Shown: positions 21,535 through 31,941, counted from the first letter of the stretch. The stretch: DNA of 64,000 bases from Candidatus Bathyarchaeota archaeon (GCA_963739305.1 CAVTZU010000011.1:92152-156151), one strand, 5' to 3'. Notes: generated by a model not told the origin, from the letters alone. Numbers and translations are program-made.

Positions 21535-21852
21535 TTGGTAGGTGTTGATCTATTTCAATGGTGGGCGGCAACCATCAGCGCAGGCAGCATTTTCCTTTCG
21601 CTGGTAGGGGTGTATCTCTATTTGAACAGTAGGAAAAGTAGGAACGCGCACTACGTGAAGGGAACGAGGAGGTTGACGCGTTCACTTAAAGACTTCGTTT
21701 TCGTGTGGGTTCTGTTAGGTCTCCTGGTCTTCTACATTGTGTCAATAGATATTGGCTCTGACTGGTTGTTTGCGGCCGGAAACATCTTTGTCGAATTAAT
21801 GTTGCTTGTATATCTTCTAAGAAACAGAACAAGAGAGTCCAAGCAGGAGTAA
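21535..21852 (+). CDS. Small 3-TM hypothetical membrane protein
   Basis: GGAGG RBS before TTG; three hydrophobic segments; follows mgtA. Confidence 0.65.
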   Translation: MVGVDLFQWWAATISAGSIFLSLVGVYLYLNSRKSRNAHYVKGTRRLTRSLKDFVFVWVLLGLLVFYIVSIDIGSDWLFAAGNIFVELMLLVYLLRNRTRESKQE

Positions 21853-21906
21853 TGCCCACTGTTTCAAGAGCAGAAGGGCTGTAGACCACCTAAACCGTCT
21901 TGTTTT

Positions 21907-23223
21907 TCACGGATAGAATCTTCTTGTTGTTCTCGGAAATGGAATTGCATCAATAATGTTCTCCAGATCAAGCATCCACGTTAGGAGCCTTTCCAAGCCC
22001 ATTCCGAAGCCCATGTGGGGAACTGTGCCATAACGCCGCAGATCAATGTACCAATCATAATCCTTTTCGCTTAACCCTTGCTCTCTAATTCTTTCCACTA
22101 GTTGATCCTTGTCGTCTTCTCTCGCCCCGCCTGTCGACAGTTCGCCTATTCTCGGCACTAACATGTCGGTCGACATCGCAATGTCCGGTTTGTCTCTGTA
22201 CGTCTTGCAGTAGAACGCTTTGATCTTTTTCGGGTAATCGTAAACGAAGAAGGGTTTGCCAAAGTCTTCTGCTAATGCCTTTTCTTCCTCGTACCCGAGA
22301 TCATCACCCCACTTTGTCTTGAAGCCCTTCGACTTGAGCCTCTCAACAGCCTCGGTATATGTTATTCTCGGAAAGGGCGGCTTGACGAGGAGTAGTTTCT
22401 TCATGTCCGCTCCCAACTCTTCAAACTCGCGTTTGCAGTTGTCAACTACTCTCTTGCAGACGTAAGTGAGCAGTTCCTCTTCTAGACAAATCAAATCAGT
22501 CATATCTGCAAATGCTTGTTCAGCTTCTATATGCCAGTATTCGCTCAAATGCCGTATGGTCCTGCTCTTCTCAGCTCTGAACGAAGGGGCGACGCAGTAG
22601 ACTTTTTCCAAGGAGTAGATCAGTATTTCGAGGTAAAGCTGGGCGCTTTGAGTCAGGTACATGTTCTGATCGAAATACTTCAAACCGAAAAGTGTCGATC
22701 CGCCCTCGCAAGCACTCGTTATGAACATCGGAGGTGAAACCTGGGTGAACGCGCGTTTATCAAAGAACTCGTTAACAAATCCAAGGATTTCGCTGCGCAC
22801 CTTCATAACAACAGTCATTTCACGGCTGCGCAGCCACAGATGCCTGATGTTTCGGAGGAAATCCTCGCTGTCCTCTTCCCCCTTCTTCCCTGTCTTGTCT
22901 CTTCCCTTTGTAATGGGAAATGGAGAGTCAGCCAACCCCACTATGGTGATTTCGTCGGTGAGCACTTCATAACCCCCTGGGGCACGCGCATCTTTCTTGA
23001 CTTTTCCAGTGAGTATCGAGGAGGATTCGATTGTTATCTTTTCGGCTTCGCTCCATCCTAGGCTTTCTTTCTTAACTGGGCACTGGATGATCCCTGTGGA
23101 GTCTCGCATTACAAGAAAAATCATTTCTTTTCCTTCTCTCTTCCGATGTATCCAGCCGCGGATTGCAACTTTCTTTTCTTCAAATTTCCCGTCTAGAATT
23201 TCACGAATGGAAACGTAGCTCAT
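21907..23223 (-). CDS. asnS: Asparagine--tRNA ligase
   Basis: N-terminal OB fold (RGWIHRKR), LTQSAQLYLE, FRAEKSRTIRHLSEYW, GGARE, GFGMGLER. Confidence 0.9.
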   Translation of the reverse strand: MSYVSIREILDGKFEEKKVAIRGWIHRKREGKEMIFLVMRDSTGIIQCPVKKESLGWSEAEKITIESSSILTGKVKKDARAPGGYEVLTDEITIVGLADSPFPITKGRDKTGKKGEEDSEDFLRNIRHLWLRSREMTVVMKVRSEILGFVNEFFDKRAFTQVSPPMFITSACEGGSTLFGLKYFDQNMYLTQSAQLYLEILIYSLEKVYCVAPSFRAEKSRTIRHLSEYWHIEAEQAFADMTDLICLEEELLTYVCKRVVDNCKREFEELGADMKKLLLVKPPFPRITYTEAVERLKSKGFKTKWGDDLGYEEEKALAEDFGKPFFVYDYPKKIKAFYCKTYRDKPDIAMSTDMLVPRIGELSTGGAREDDKDQLVERIREQGLSEKDYDWYIDLRRYGTVPHMGFGMGLERLLTWMLDLENIIDAIPFPRTTRRFYP

Positions 23224-23478
23224 GCGGATCAACCTTTTCCTCTCAATATCGCTTTCAAAGCTAAATATGTATCTTGATTCGATTCTGGGATCAACAATAA
23301 CGATTTCCAAAAGAAAGATCTGAAAGGCTTCGTCAAGACTCGCTGATAAGAGACCCTTTCTTGGCTGACACCAGAGGGATCGCAATCGTATAAGCCCGTG
23401 AGACTTATCGGAATTCTTGGTCATAATTCTTAAATCTCCGGCTTATGAGCTTAGTATCGCGGTTTGGTTTGAGAGACC

Positions 23479-24837
23479 TTGGAAAGTGATTATAAGCTTA
23501 GAACGCTGAAGCGTTCAACCGCTGCCATTGCGAGCGTCGTGATTGTTGAACTTGCGTTGGGTCTGACAGTGAACAGTCTTGCGATTGTGAGCGATGGGCT
23601 GCATGCACTCCTCGATACTCTTACCACTCTCATGCTTTTTATCACAATGCGTATGTCTGTCAAGCCTCCTGATGAAGAGCATACGTACGGACATGAAAAG
23701 TTCGAATCAATTGGCGGCCTCATTGGTGGGATTTCGCTCATCGGCGTTGCAATATTGATAATCTATGAAGCGATTCTGAAAATCATGAACAACCAAACTG
23801 TGATCCTGGGATTAGAATACGTGGGTTTCATCGCTGTTGCTTACACCTTCTGCATAGATTTCTACAGAGTGGGGAGCTTCTTCCGAGCAAGAACAAGTGA
23901 AAGCGTTACGATGAAAGCTGGATTTTACCACGCCATCGCGGACCTGAGTTCCACGGTTATAGCTTTTGCCGGATTTGGAATGGCAACACTAGGGTTTGGC
24001 ATGGGAGACTCTTTGGCGTCTATTGTGCTTGGCGCAATGTTAAGCTATTTTAGCGTAAGACTTGTTTGGAGCAGCGGTTTGGAGCTCACTGATACGGTTC
24101 CTAAAGAGGTAGCAGCAAAGGTCAGAGATGCGATCATTAACACAAAAGGCGTTTGCAGCCTGAAAGACTTCAGGATGAGAAAGGCTGGCAGCAAGTCATT
24201 TGTCAGAGCAACACTGCAGGTTCCTGATTACATGGGGCTTGAAGAAGCTCACGATTTGACTCTGAAGATAGAAACGATGATAAAGGACATCGTAGGTGAC
24301 GTGGAAGTCTCTCTCCACACCGAACCTTGCGAATTGCACGTGCCGACCGAGAAGCTTGTGGAGCAGCTTTCAACCGAAGTCGAAGGAGTGAAAGATGTGC
24401 GAGACGTCAACGTGGTTTACACGGATGGTAGACTGTACATAACATTGCACGTATTCGTTGATGCAAACATTTCGGTCGAACAGGCCCATGATATTGCAGA
24501 GCAGATTGAGAAGAAAATCGACCGCGAAGTGAAGGATGTCGAAGATGTGGCGGTTTCCGTTGCGCCTTTTAGTCGGAGGAGAAGAAAAGGCGCGTCGGTG
24601 GATGAAGGTGAGATTAGGTGGATTGTTCACGGGATAGCCGACTCCTATCAACGGGCTTTTCGCGTAAAAAGAATAGTTACTTATGTTGGCGGGAAGAAGC
24701 GTTACATCAACGTCGACTGCAGTTTCACGAAACAGATTTCAATTGAGGAAGCCTATAAGGTTGCGTCACAGATTGAAGAGAAGATTAAGGAACATTTTGT
24801 TGAGACGACTGTTACGGTGCACGTGGAGCCAAGTTGA
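23479..24837 (+). CDS. Cation diffusion facilitator transporter with three C-terminal ZT_dimer domains
   Basis: SDGLHALLD, KPPDEEHTYGHEKFE, HAIAD, then three AH/AY...EP repeats. Confidence 0.92.
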   Translation: MESDYKLRTLKRSTAAIASVVIVELALGLTVNSLAIVSDGLHALLDTLTTLMLFITMRMSVKPPDEEHTYGHEKFESIGGLIGGISLIGVAILIIYEAILKIMNNQTVILGLEYVGFIAVAYTFCIDFYRVGSFFRARTSESVTMKAGFYHAIADLSSTVIAFAGFGMATLGFGMGDSLASIVLGAMLSYFSVRLVWSSGLELTDTVPKEVAAKVRDAIINTKGVCSLKDFRMRKAGSKSFVRATLQVPDYMGLEEAHDLTLKIETMIKDIVGDVEVSLHTEPCELHVPTEKLVEQLSTEVEGVKDVRDVNVVYTDGRLYITLHVFVDANISVEQAHDIAEQIEKKIDREVKDVEDVAVSVAPFSRRRRKGASVDEGEIRWIVHGIADSYQRAFRVKRIVTYVGGKKRYINVDCSFTKQISIEEAYKVASQIEEKIKEHFVETTVTVHVEPS

Positions 24838-24890
24838 CTTCCCTAAAAGTTGTAATCACGTTTTCAGAGTAGAAAAAGTGGGTGGAGGGA

Positions 24891-26904
24891 TCAGCTTATT
24901 TGGATCTCCTTGATCAACGACAGATCCTCTAGGTTGTTGAGCTGCACTTTTGCGTTAGATATGGTGTACAGCACATTTTCTATGTACAACGACCTTTGAA
25001 CGTAGTAGTCTTGATTATAGATATCGATGCCGTTTTCCATGTGGCTTATTTTGCCTTCGAGGGTGAAGCCTCCGTCTAGCGATATGTTGAAGACGTATGC
25101 TCCTTGCCAGACTGGTTGTCCATATGCGCCTGCAGGTACTTGTCCAGGCGGATACTGGCTCTGATCGACCTTTGCTTCGAGAACAGGTATTACTAGCAGG
25201 TTCTTTGACTTGTCGAATAGGAATGCTTTAGGGTCACTTAGTACGGGTGAGCTTGTTCCTCTGTCTCCGATGGTGTATTTGGCGATTTGCACAGGGTTGC
25301 TGACGTTGCTCACGTCGAATAGTGATATTTTTACTCCTTGGTACCATGCAAAGTACCCTTGTTCTGAAGCCGTGGTTTCTTTCCCAATGCCGATCAGATG
25401 GTTGTCGTCGTAGGGATGAAGATAATCCGAATATCCTGGAATAGTCAAGTTTCCGGATTCGCTTGGCTTAGCTGGGTTGCTGAGGTCAATTACGAACAAT
25501 GGGTCGGTCATCATGAAGGTTACGAGATAGCATTTGTCGCCCATAAATCGCGCTGAGTGGAAGTTCTCTCCTTGTGAAAGGTTCTCAAGTCTTCCAACGA
25601 TGCTCAGGTTCATGTTCAGCACGTAGACATTGCTCTGTTGTCCTCCGGAAATTGGGACTACCGTAACGGTGCCGTTTGAAGGTTTGATCGTTGGTGAGGT
25701 CGATGTGATGGGGCTACCCCATGTTGTGGTGACCACTCTGAAGTAATCGCCATATTCGTCCATCGAGTACTGGTTTAGGATTGATCCTGGAACTGTACCT
25801 TGTGCTTCGGGGGTGATCGTGTTGTTTTCGACGTGTATGCGATAGATTGATGTCTGTGTTTGCCCGTAACCCGTTTGATCATACACGTTTTGTGTGACGT
25901 ATATGTTGTCCAAGGACACGTACAATGTGCTCGTTCCCCCGATCAGGAGGGTCTTCGAGCTCGGGGTCTCGGTAACGTTTTCAATGTTCAATGCTGCGAT
26001 GGTTGTGAAAGTGAAGTAATTGTCAGTAACATTCGAGTAATAGATGTCTGATGAAGACACGCCTGTTTCAGTCCCGTTCAACCCGATTTTGGGGAGGTTC
26101 ACATCGTCAACGGTAATATTCGGAAGAACCTCGACTCTGTAGTACGCGAGTTGGCCTGCTACCAAATAGACGTAGTTGCCAATCATTCTTGAACTAAGAT
26201 AATCTCCGCTTGTGCTGAACGTCTCAACTAGCTCCGGGTTCGTTCTGTTCGAGATGTCATATATCTTAACGAATGTTGTAACATCTTGAGTGTACATCGT
26301 CGTCGGATGAATAGGCACCTGGCCCTGTAATTCCTCGACTGAGGGGTGAGCCGTAGTAGGGTAGCGGAGTCATACTGTAATTGGACCCGAGTACTGCTAA
26401 TTTGTTGCCGTTTACGAAGATCCCGGAAGGCGACATGTCCGTGAAAGTTATCCTCGAAGTTACCTGTGCTTCTTCAGGCGGGTACGCTTTCAGAATTGTT
26501 ATGTTATTGCCTACGAGCAAGAAAATGTATCCTTTGTTGTCGACTTTGACGAAGTCTGCCTCGTCTACACCAGTGACCTGTATGTTCGTATCCGAATGTG
26601 TCAATTCTCCTGCGCCGAGAGAGTTTGTGATGCCTGGAAGGGCCTGTTTTTCCTGAGGACCACTGGCAGTGAAAACGCCACCATTATTTGTATAGTAAGG
26701 AGATGTGTACTGGTTCTGAGTCCTGGTTTTCAAGAAATCTTTGAGTTCGTTGTAAGAGGAGAACGTTGACATGAATGGAGAGGTTTTTGGCAGCTGAATT
26801 TGTGGTACGTACCCTAGTTGATAACACAATGAAACCAACACTGTTGCTATGAGAATGCCTGCGATGCCGTATAGCCATGCGCGTTTTCTAATCTCTTTCT
26901 GCAA
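24891..26904 (-). CDS. Membrane-anchored beta-propeller domain protein; +1 frameshift near 26320-26346
   Basis: N-terminal TM, TNIQVTGVDEADFVK, NQYSMDE, SARFMGD, DPLFVIDL, IPGYSDYLHP, GVKISLFDV; two ORFs join at one frameshift. Confidence 0.85.
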
Positions 26905-26976
26905 CTGAAATTCACCTGACTAGTAATGGGTTTGGCCGAATTTTATGCTAAGCCTTGGAACATGCGGTACTAGAAA

Positions 26977-27441
26977 CTAGAACGGTCTCATTTGCCATAC
27001 TCTGACGGCTTCGTACCAGAAGATCGCGGTCACAATTGCTCCAAAAGAAGCGATGAAGAGGTTTTCCCTCGTCAGTCCATTCATCAAAAGAAGCAAGTAG
27101 GCTACGTAGAAAGTGGTTGAGAAAACAGCGTAGAAGAAGTATCTTGGGAACAGCATTTTTCCCAATTTGACGAAATGTCTCAACACTCCAATCTTGACTT
27201 CGCTGACTAAAGAATAATTGCCTCCAACTTCCTGCTTAGTGACCAATCCGAGTTCACGCAATTGCTCAAGATGATGTTGCGCCACGCTTGGACTGCTGAA
27301 ATGCAGGTTTCTTTGGACTTCCCGCACGCTCATGGGGTGACCGTTCCTTAGAAGAAGCCAATAGACCTTCCAGTCCTTGCCTCGGAGAGCATACTCCAAA
27401 GAGCTTTCTTCATCAGCGATCACGCGGCTGCACTCTTCCAA
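26977..27441 (-). CDS. Winged-helix DNA-binding protein with two C-terminal TM helices
   Basis: MSVREVQRNLHFSSPSVAQHHLEQLRELGLV HTH followed by two hydrophobic segments. Confidence 0.85.
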   Translation of the reverse strand: MEECSRVIADEESSLEYALRGKDWKVYWLLLRNGHPMSVREVQRNLHFSSPSVAQHHLEQLRELGLVTKQEVGGNYSLVSEVKIGVLRHFVKLGKMLFPRYFFYAVFSTTFYVAYLLLLMNGLTRENLFIASFGAIVTAIFWYEAVRVWQMRPF

Positions 27442-27481
27442 GGTATGTACTAGATATTGGTCCCTTATAATTCCAATTTCT

Positions 27482-27496
27482 AGAACAGTATGTTCT
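27482..27496. promoter_or_regulatory. Palindromic putative operator AGAACA-N3-TGTTCT upstream of the wHTH gene TATA box
   Basis: Perfect 6-bp arms; TTATAA lies 11 bp away toward the gene; related sites at 26957-26971 and 28518-28533. Confidence 0.55.
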
Positions 27497-27576
27497 TATA
27501 ATTCGTGTCCATGAGGAGTAATCGAACTTACCCTTTGGCAGGTAGTCTCCTCAAGCGTGGGCGACGGTTTGTCGTT

Positions 27577-28371
27577 TTATGATGGCGGTGGTGGAGGCGT
27601 GGAAGGAGGTGGAGGTAAAGGTTGTTGAGAAGTTGGGGTTTTTCTTCTTCGGAGGACGATAGTTGCTGCTACGATGGCTATTATGACGGCTATGCCTGCG
27701 ATGATGTAGATTAGATCGTTCTGTATGAAGTCGAGGGGATTTGCTGACCATAGATTCGTTTCGGTTGCTTTGAACGAGATTTCTTCGTATCCTCCGGATA
27801 TGCCGACGAAGGTTTGGTTCGTGTAGAGTTCAACCATGACGCCGGTGTTTTGGTCCCAGTAGGTCCTGTATTCGTACGGGTAGTTTACTTGGGCCACTGT
27901 GTTGTTGCCTTTGTAGTCGAGTACGTTGACGTTTCTGTTTGCTCCCGCGTACATTCCTGTCACGGTTTGGTCTATGACGGCTTGTGTTTGTGGGTTTAGC
28001 GGGTCTCCAGCCGTCAGGTTGGAGGCGATGATGTATGAGGTTCCGACGAGGTTGCTTGTTTGGACGTCGTCTTCGAAGTTTTCGGAGAGTTGTGTGCCGT
28101 TGCTGTATTGTATGGTGAAGTTTAGGCTGGCTGCTGTTCCCGTGACGCTCAGGACGTCCATTCGAACCCAGTCTAGCTTTATCTCTTGAAGGTCTGATGG
28201 CTCGGTGCCGTTTCCGCCCCAGTTGACGACGAATTGGCCGTACTTGACCCAGTCTCCAGCTTTGACTCCGAGCGTGTAATCTTTGGCATGAACCAGTGTG
28301 GGAGCAAATACTGCCACCACAAGAATTACCAGCAAGCCAATTCTCAGATTGTTCCCAATCAAGCTTCTCAT
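27577..28371 (-). CDS. Secreted/surface protein with C-terminal TM anchor and proline-rich tail
   Basis: Signal peptide, GVKAGDWVKY, many N-x-T/S sequons, YWDQNTGVMVE, TM followed by RRRK and PPPPSTPPPPPS. Confidence 0.8.
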   Translation of the reverse strand: MRSLIGNNLRIGLLVILVVAVFAPTLVHAKDYTLGVKAGDWVKYGQFVVNWGGNGTEPSDLQEIKLDWVRMDVLSVTGTAASLNFTIQYSNGTQLSENFEDDVQTSNLVGTSYIIASNLTAGDPLNPQTQAVIDQTVTGMYAGANRNVNVLDYKGNNTVAQVNYPYEYRTYWDQNTGVMVELYTNQTFVGISGGYEEISFKATETNLWSANPLDFIQNDLIYIIAGIAVIIAIVAATIVLRRRKTPTSQQPLPPPPSTPPPPPS

Positions 28372-28659
28372 GTTATCGTCAGTCCTGACTTGGCTCTGTG
28401 GGTATATCAGTTTTTCTTAACTAGATGTTGCTAGATCGTTGTATCGTCGTCGGTCGTGGGCCACATGCTTGCTTGGGATGGTACGCGTCCGCGTGCGCTT
28501 CTAAATGTTCCAATTAGTAGAACATATGTTCTAATAACTAGACTTATCTCCTAGTGTCGTCTGCTAACTCTTTCTTGACTGCTATTATCTATGCTCATCA
28601 TAGCCTGTAATGTAGTCTTTAATACTAATTTACCCAATCTTGTCTTTTGGGTGTCAATA

Positions 28660-29136
28660 GTGGTTGACATTACTGAAATCTCTGCTATTGTTGCAGCAGC
28701 AGGTGTGCTAGTAGGTGTTGTCTACTATATTCTGGACATGAGACATCAGAGCATAGTGAGACAGACAGACCTTGTAATGGGACTATACTCAACTTTCAAT
28801 AGTCTCGAATTCCAGAAGACATGGGAAGAAGTTTTGAACAGAGAAGCCAAGGACCTCAATGATTACGAGAAGAAGTATGGTCAGGCTGAAATATTAGCCG
28901 TTGGCATGTTCTTCGAAGGAATAGGCATTCTTCTAAAAAGAAAACTCATAGACATAGAGTTAGTTGATGACATGTTCACAACGCCTGTCAAAAGAACATG
29001 GGAAAAGCTGAGGGATATCACACTAGAAGCCAGAAAAGTCAAAAATGAACCAACGGATTTTGAGTGGTTTGAGTATCTCTACAATGAAATGAAAAAGAGA
29101 GAACAGCAACTTCAAAAAGGTGTCAAGAATGCTTGA
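28660..29136 (+). CDS. DUF4760-like membrane-anchored protein
   Basis: N-terminal TM, FFEGIGILLKRKLIDIELVDD and FEWFEYLYNEM pattern; GTG start inferred. Confidence 0.7.
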   Translation: MVDITEISAIVAAAGVLVGVVYYILDMRHQSIVRQTDLVMGLYSTFNSLEFQKTWEEVLNREAKDLNDYEKKYGQAEILAVGMFFEGIGILLKRKLIDIELVDDMFTTPVKRTWEKLRDITLEARKVKNEPTDFEWFEYLYNEMKKREQQLQKGVKNA

Positions 29137-29222
29137 AATCCCTGTTCCCGTAACTTTCATCAATCAGGCAAAATCCTAAACTGCCTCAGGGCTTGATCTT
29201 CTCTTGGGGAGTGTAGCTGCCT

Positions 29223-29702
29223 GTGTCTCTTTCATCTGAGGCAGTAAACCAATCCATCTTTGTAGCTGCCTTGTTCTTGACATTGATCTCTGTGCCCAAA
29301 CTCCTTGTTGTGACAGTGTGGTATGCTTACAAGGAGTGGGTGTTTTCAAACCTTGAGAAAGCTCTGAGCAAAATTGAGGGACTCAACAAAGAGGGAACAG
29401 CAGAAATACTGACAAAAGGAGCAAGGGATCCTAGAGTCAGAATGGATTTGACGATTGAGACATTGGCTGATTTCAAGAAAGACATCAGAGATCCATTGAT
29501 AGAAGCCTCAACAGCAGTAGCTATCTTGTTCTTTCTCATTCCTCTCCTTCCTTCCATAGAAACTTGGCTAATCGTAATCCTGATCGTGATCGTGGCTGTA
29601 GTGATTGGAGCTTTTGCCTTGACAGTAGTGTTATGGAGAAAGGGCAACAAGATGTTAAGAATGAAGTTATCAAGCAATCCTTCATTGAGTCTTGAACCAT
29701 GA
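29223..29702 (+). CDS. Hypothetical membrane protein
   Basis: 159 aa, three hydrophobic segments, GGGGAG before the start. Confidence 0.65.
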   Translation: MSLSSEAVNQSIFVAALFLTLISVPKLLVVTVWYAYKEWVFSNLEKALSKIEGLNKEGTAEILTKGARDPRVRMDLTIETLADFKKDIRDPLIEASTAVAILFFLIPLLPSIETWLIVILIVIVAVVIGAFALTVVLWRKGNKMLRMKLSSNPSLSLEP

Positions 29703-29781
29703 ACAAGGCGACACTGAGATTGTCTTTTATGTCTGTCCCACGCAGAGACTGAGTGGGAGTGTGATCGCGCGCGCTAATCTT

Positions 29782-30381
29782 TCAATTTTTAGAACGATGA
29801 GACAGTGCGTTCGCTATCTCGTTTTCAACCTCTTCGACTGTTTTCCCTGCGTCTATGATTTGCCAATTATCCAAGCGGGCTAAACTGAGGGCTTTTTTCC
29901 TGATTTTTTTCAATTCGTTTAGGTTCTCAAACATCTCAAGTCTTATGCGGGTCAGCTTTATTCTTCGGACGGCTTCTTCTGGGGGAACGTCTAGAAAGAA
30001 CATGAGGTTCGAGGTTGGCACAACGGATGCAAAGAACTGGTAGCTAATTCTGTCAAGAGGTGACGGAAGATATGCGGTTCCCATCAGATATCGAACAAAG
30101 ATAGTGTAATTGTACTTCTGCCATGAATAGAGTAGGATAGAACGGACAACGTCGAGCATGTAGAAAAAGGCGGATGCGAAATGTGCACTTTTTCCTCTCT
30201 TGTTCAAAAATCTTTTGGCCCTGACGCCGAAGAAATTGTCATCTGAGGGGTGAATGCGAAGAAGCACTGTTCTTGTGTTGTTGCTGAGCAGTTCGCAAAG
30301 GCTAGTGGCTTGGGTGCTCTTGCCGGAGGCGTCGAGGCCATCGATAACAATCAACACCAATAGATCAGACGCCCCCACCAT
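29782..30381 (-). CDS. tmk: Thymidylate kinase-like P-loop kinase
   Basis: IDGLDASGKSTQ P-loop and FLDVPPEEAVRRI; the canonical DRY is replaced by VRY. Confidence 0.7.
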   Translation of the reverse strand: MVGASDLLVLIVIDGLDASGKSTQATSLCELLSNNTRTVLLRIHPSDDNFFGVRAKRFLNKRGKSAHFASAFFYMLDVVRSILLYSWQKYNYTIFVRYLMGTAYLPSPLDRISYQFFASVVPTSNLMFFLDVPPEEAVRRIKLTRIRLEMFENLNELKKIRKKALSLARLDNWQIIDAGKTVEEVENEIANALSHRSKN

Positions 30382-31078
30382 AAAGCAGGAAAGTCAAAAC
30401 GCTGAAGGCAGGCACTGTCAGATTGTCGAAGCCGAGTGGTGAGAAGCCTTCAACTAAGGTGCCGACTGCAGTTGCTCCAATGGCGGCAGGAATTCTTGAA
30501 AGGAACGAGAATCCATAAACCTGAGAGAAGAAGGCGAGACCACATAAAAGGGACATTGAACTCACCAGAAACATTGCTGCAGAGCCTTCAAAACTCTTTT
30601 TGGCGACTAGTTTGTACTTGTGTCGGCCGTACTTCTCCCCAAAGACTGAAGCGGCAGCGTCCCCATAGGCCATCGGCAAAATGCCAGCTGCTATCACGTA
30701 AGATTTTTGCGCAAACAGCAACGCCAAGCACGTGTAGGAGATGGCGTAAAAAACAAGCCCCCACTGGTGTCCTTCTTCTGTTATTTCAGACAATCCTTTG
30801 AGCTTCTTGTTTATTCTCTTCAACGGAGAATATGGGGTTGCGAGAAAAGTGACCAGAATGAATGGGGCGGCGACAAGAGCTGGAAAAATCGGTGACGAGA
30901 AAAAAGGAATTATGAACGGAAGATTGCCAATCATGACGTGTAGAAACTTTCGCGAGGTCTTCGGCGAAATGCTTTGAAACTTGTCCATTCTGCCAGAAAC
31001 GAATATGACGATCAGAACATAGAGGTAGCAGCCGCACATAATGAGGACATTCGTGAAAACCTCATTGGCAAGCATCAT
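30365..31078 (-). CDS. CTP-dependent polyprenol kinase family (phytol/dolichol kinase-like)
   Basis: SRKFLH, GDAAASVFGEKYG, KKSFEGS, DNLTVP. Confidence 0.88.
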   Translation of the reverse strand: MMLANEVFTNVLIMCGCYLYVLIVIFVSGRMDKFQSISPKTSRKFLHVMIGNLPFIIPFFSSPIFPALVAAPFILVTFLATPYSPLKRINKKLKGLSEITEEGHQWGLVFYAISYTCLALLFAQKSYVIAAGILPMAYGDAAASVFGEKYGRHKYKLVAKKSFEGSAAMFLVSSMSLLCGLAFFSQVYGFSFLSRIPAAIGATAVGTLVEGFSPLGFDNLTVPAFSVLTFLLYGGGV

Positions 31079-31941
31079 GGCCACCTAATCAGTCCAAGAA
31101 TGAATGCCAATAGTCCGAAAACGAACCATAGAAGCACGGTGTTCTTGATTTTTCTTGCCTTCTCTCTCGAATAGTCTCTCAGAAGCATGACCGATGAGGC
31201 AATCAGTCCGATATCCGTCACGGCAACGAATGGGACGAACCAAAAAGAGACAATGCCTAGAAGCCACGGTATCGGGCTCAGAGTCACTGCAGATAGAAAG
31301 AATACGACTGCTGCCACAACTGCGCTTTTCTCGCCGAAACGCACAGCAACAGTTTTGACGTTTTGTGTCCTGTCTCCTTCCACGTCGACTATACCTTTGG
31401 TTATCTCTCTGCCAGTGTTGGAGAGGAACGCCATCGAAGCAAAGAGTAGCACGTTCAGCTTCACTTCCGTGGCAATCGTCACGCTTCCAAAGATGAACGG
31501 TATTGCAACACACGCGCTGACCAGGAAATTGCCCGGTAATCCACTTCGCTTTCCCACCGTCGTGTACAGTGTGAAAATGCTCCAAGCAATCACCGCTACA
31601 AGCAGAGGCAGAGGATGAACGGTATTGGCTAAATATGCGGTCACGAAGCCCACGGTAGTGAGAACCGTCGCGAACACCAAAGCCTCTATTGGCCTGACAA
31701 CGCCGCTTGGAATTGGTCGTTTCGGTTCGTTTATAGCGTCTATTTCACGATCATAATAATCGTTAATTACCATAGACGCGGCGGTGAGCGCGAAACCTGT
31801 GATGAATCCGTAGACCAGGCTGACCCAGGCACTGCTCACGCCATCTAGATTGGCAAGTGCTGCGCCAATTATGACTGCCACGCCCATCATTAGACAGTTG
31901 ACGGGACGCGTTAGGCGTAGGTAGCTACCAAGCTTGCTCAT
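31075..31941 (-). CDS. Digeranylgeranylglyceryl phosphate synthase (UbiA family)
   Basis: LTRPVNC, INDYYDREIDAINEPKRPIPSG, REITKGIVDVEGD; start taken at MSKLGSY. Confidence 0.88.
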   Translation of the reverse strand: MSKLGSYLRLTRPVNCLMMGVAVIIGAALANLDGVSSAWVSLVYGFITGFALTAASMVINDYYDREIDAINEPKRPIPSGVVRPIEALVFATVLTTVGFVTAYLANTVHPLPLLVAVIAWSIFTLYTTVGKRSGLPGNFLVSACVAIPFIFGSVTIATEVKLNVLLFASMAFLSNTGREITKGIVDVEGDRTQNVKTVAVRFGEKSAVVAAVVFFLSAVTLSPIPWLLGIVSFWFVPFVAVTDIGLIASSVMLLRDYSREKARKIKNTVLLWFVFGLLAFILGLIRWP

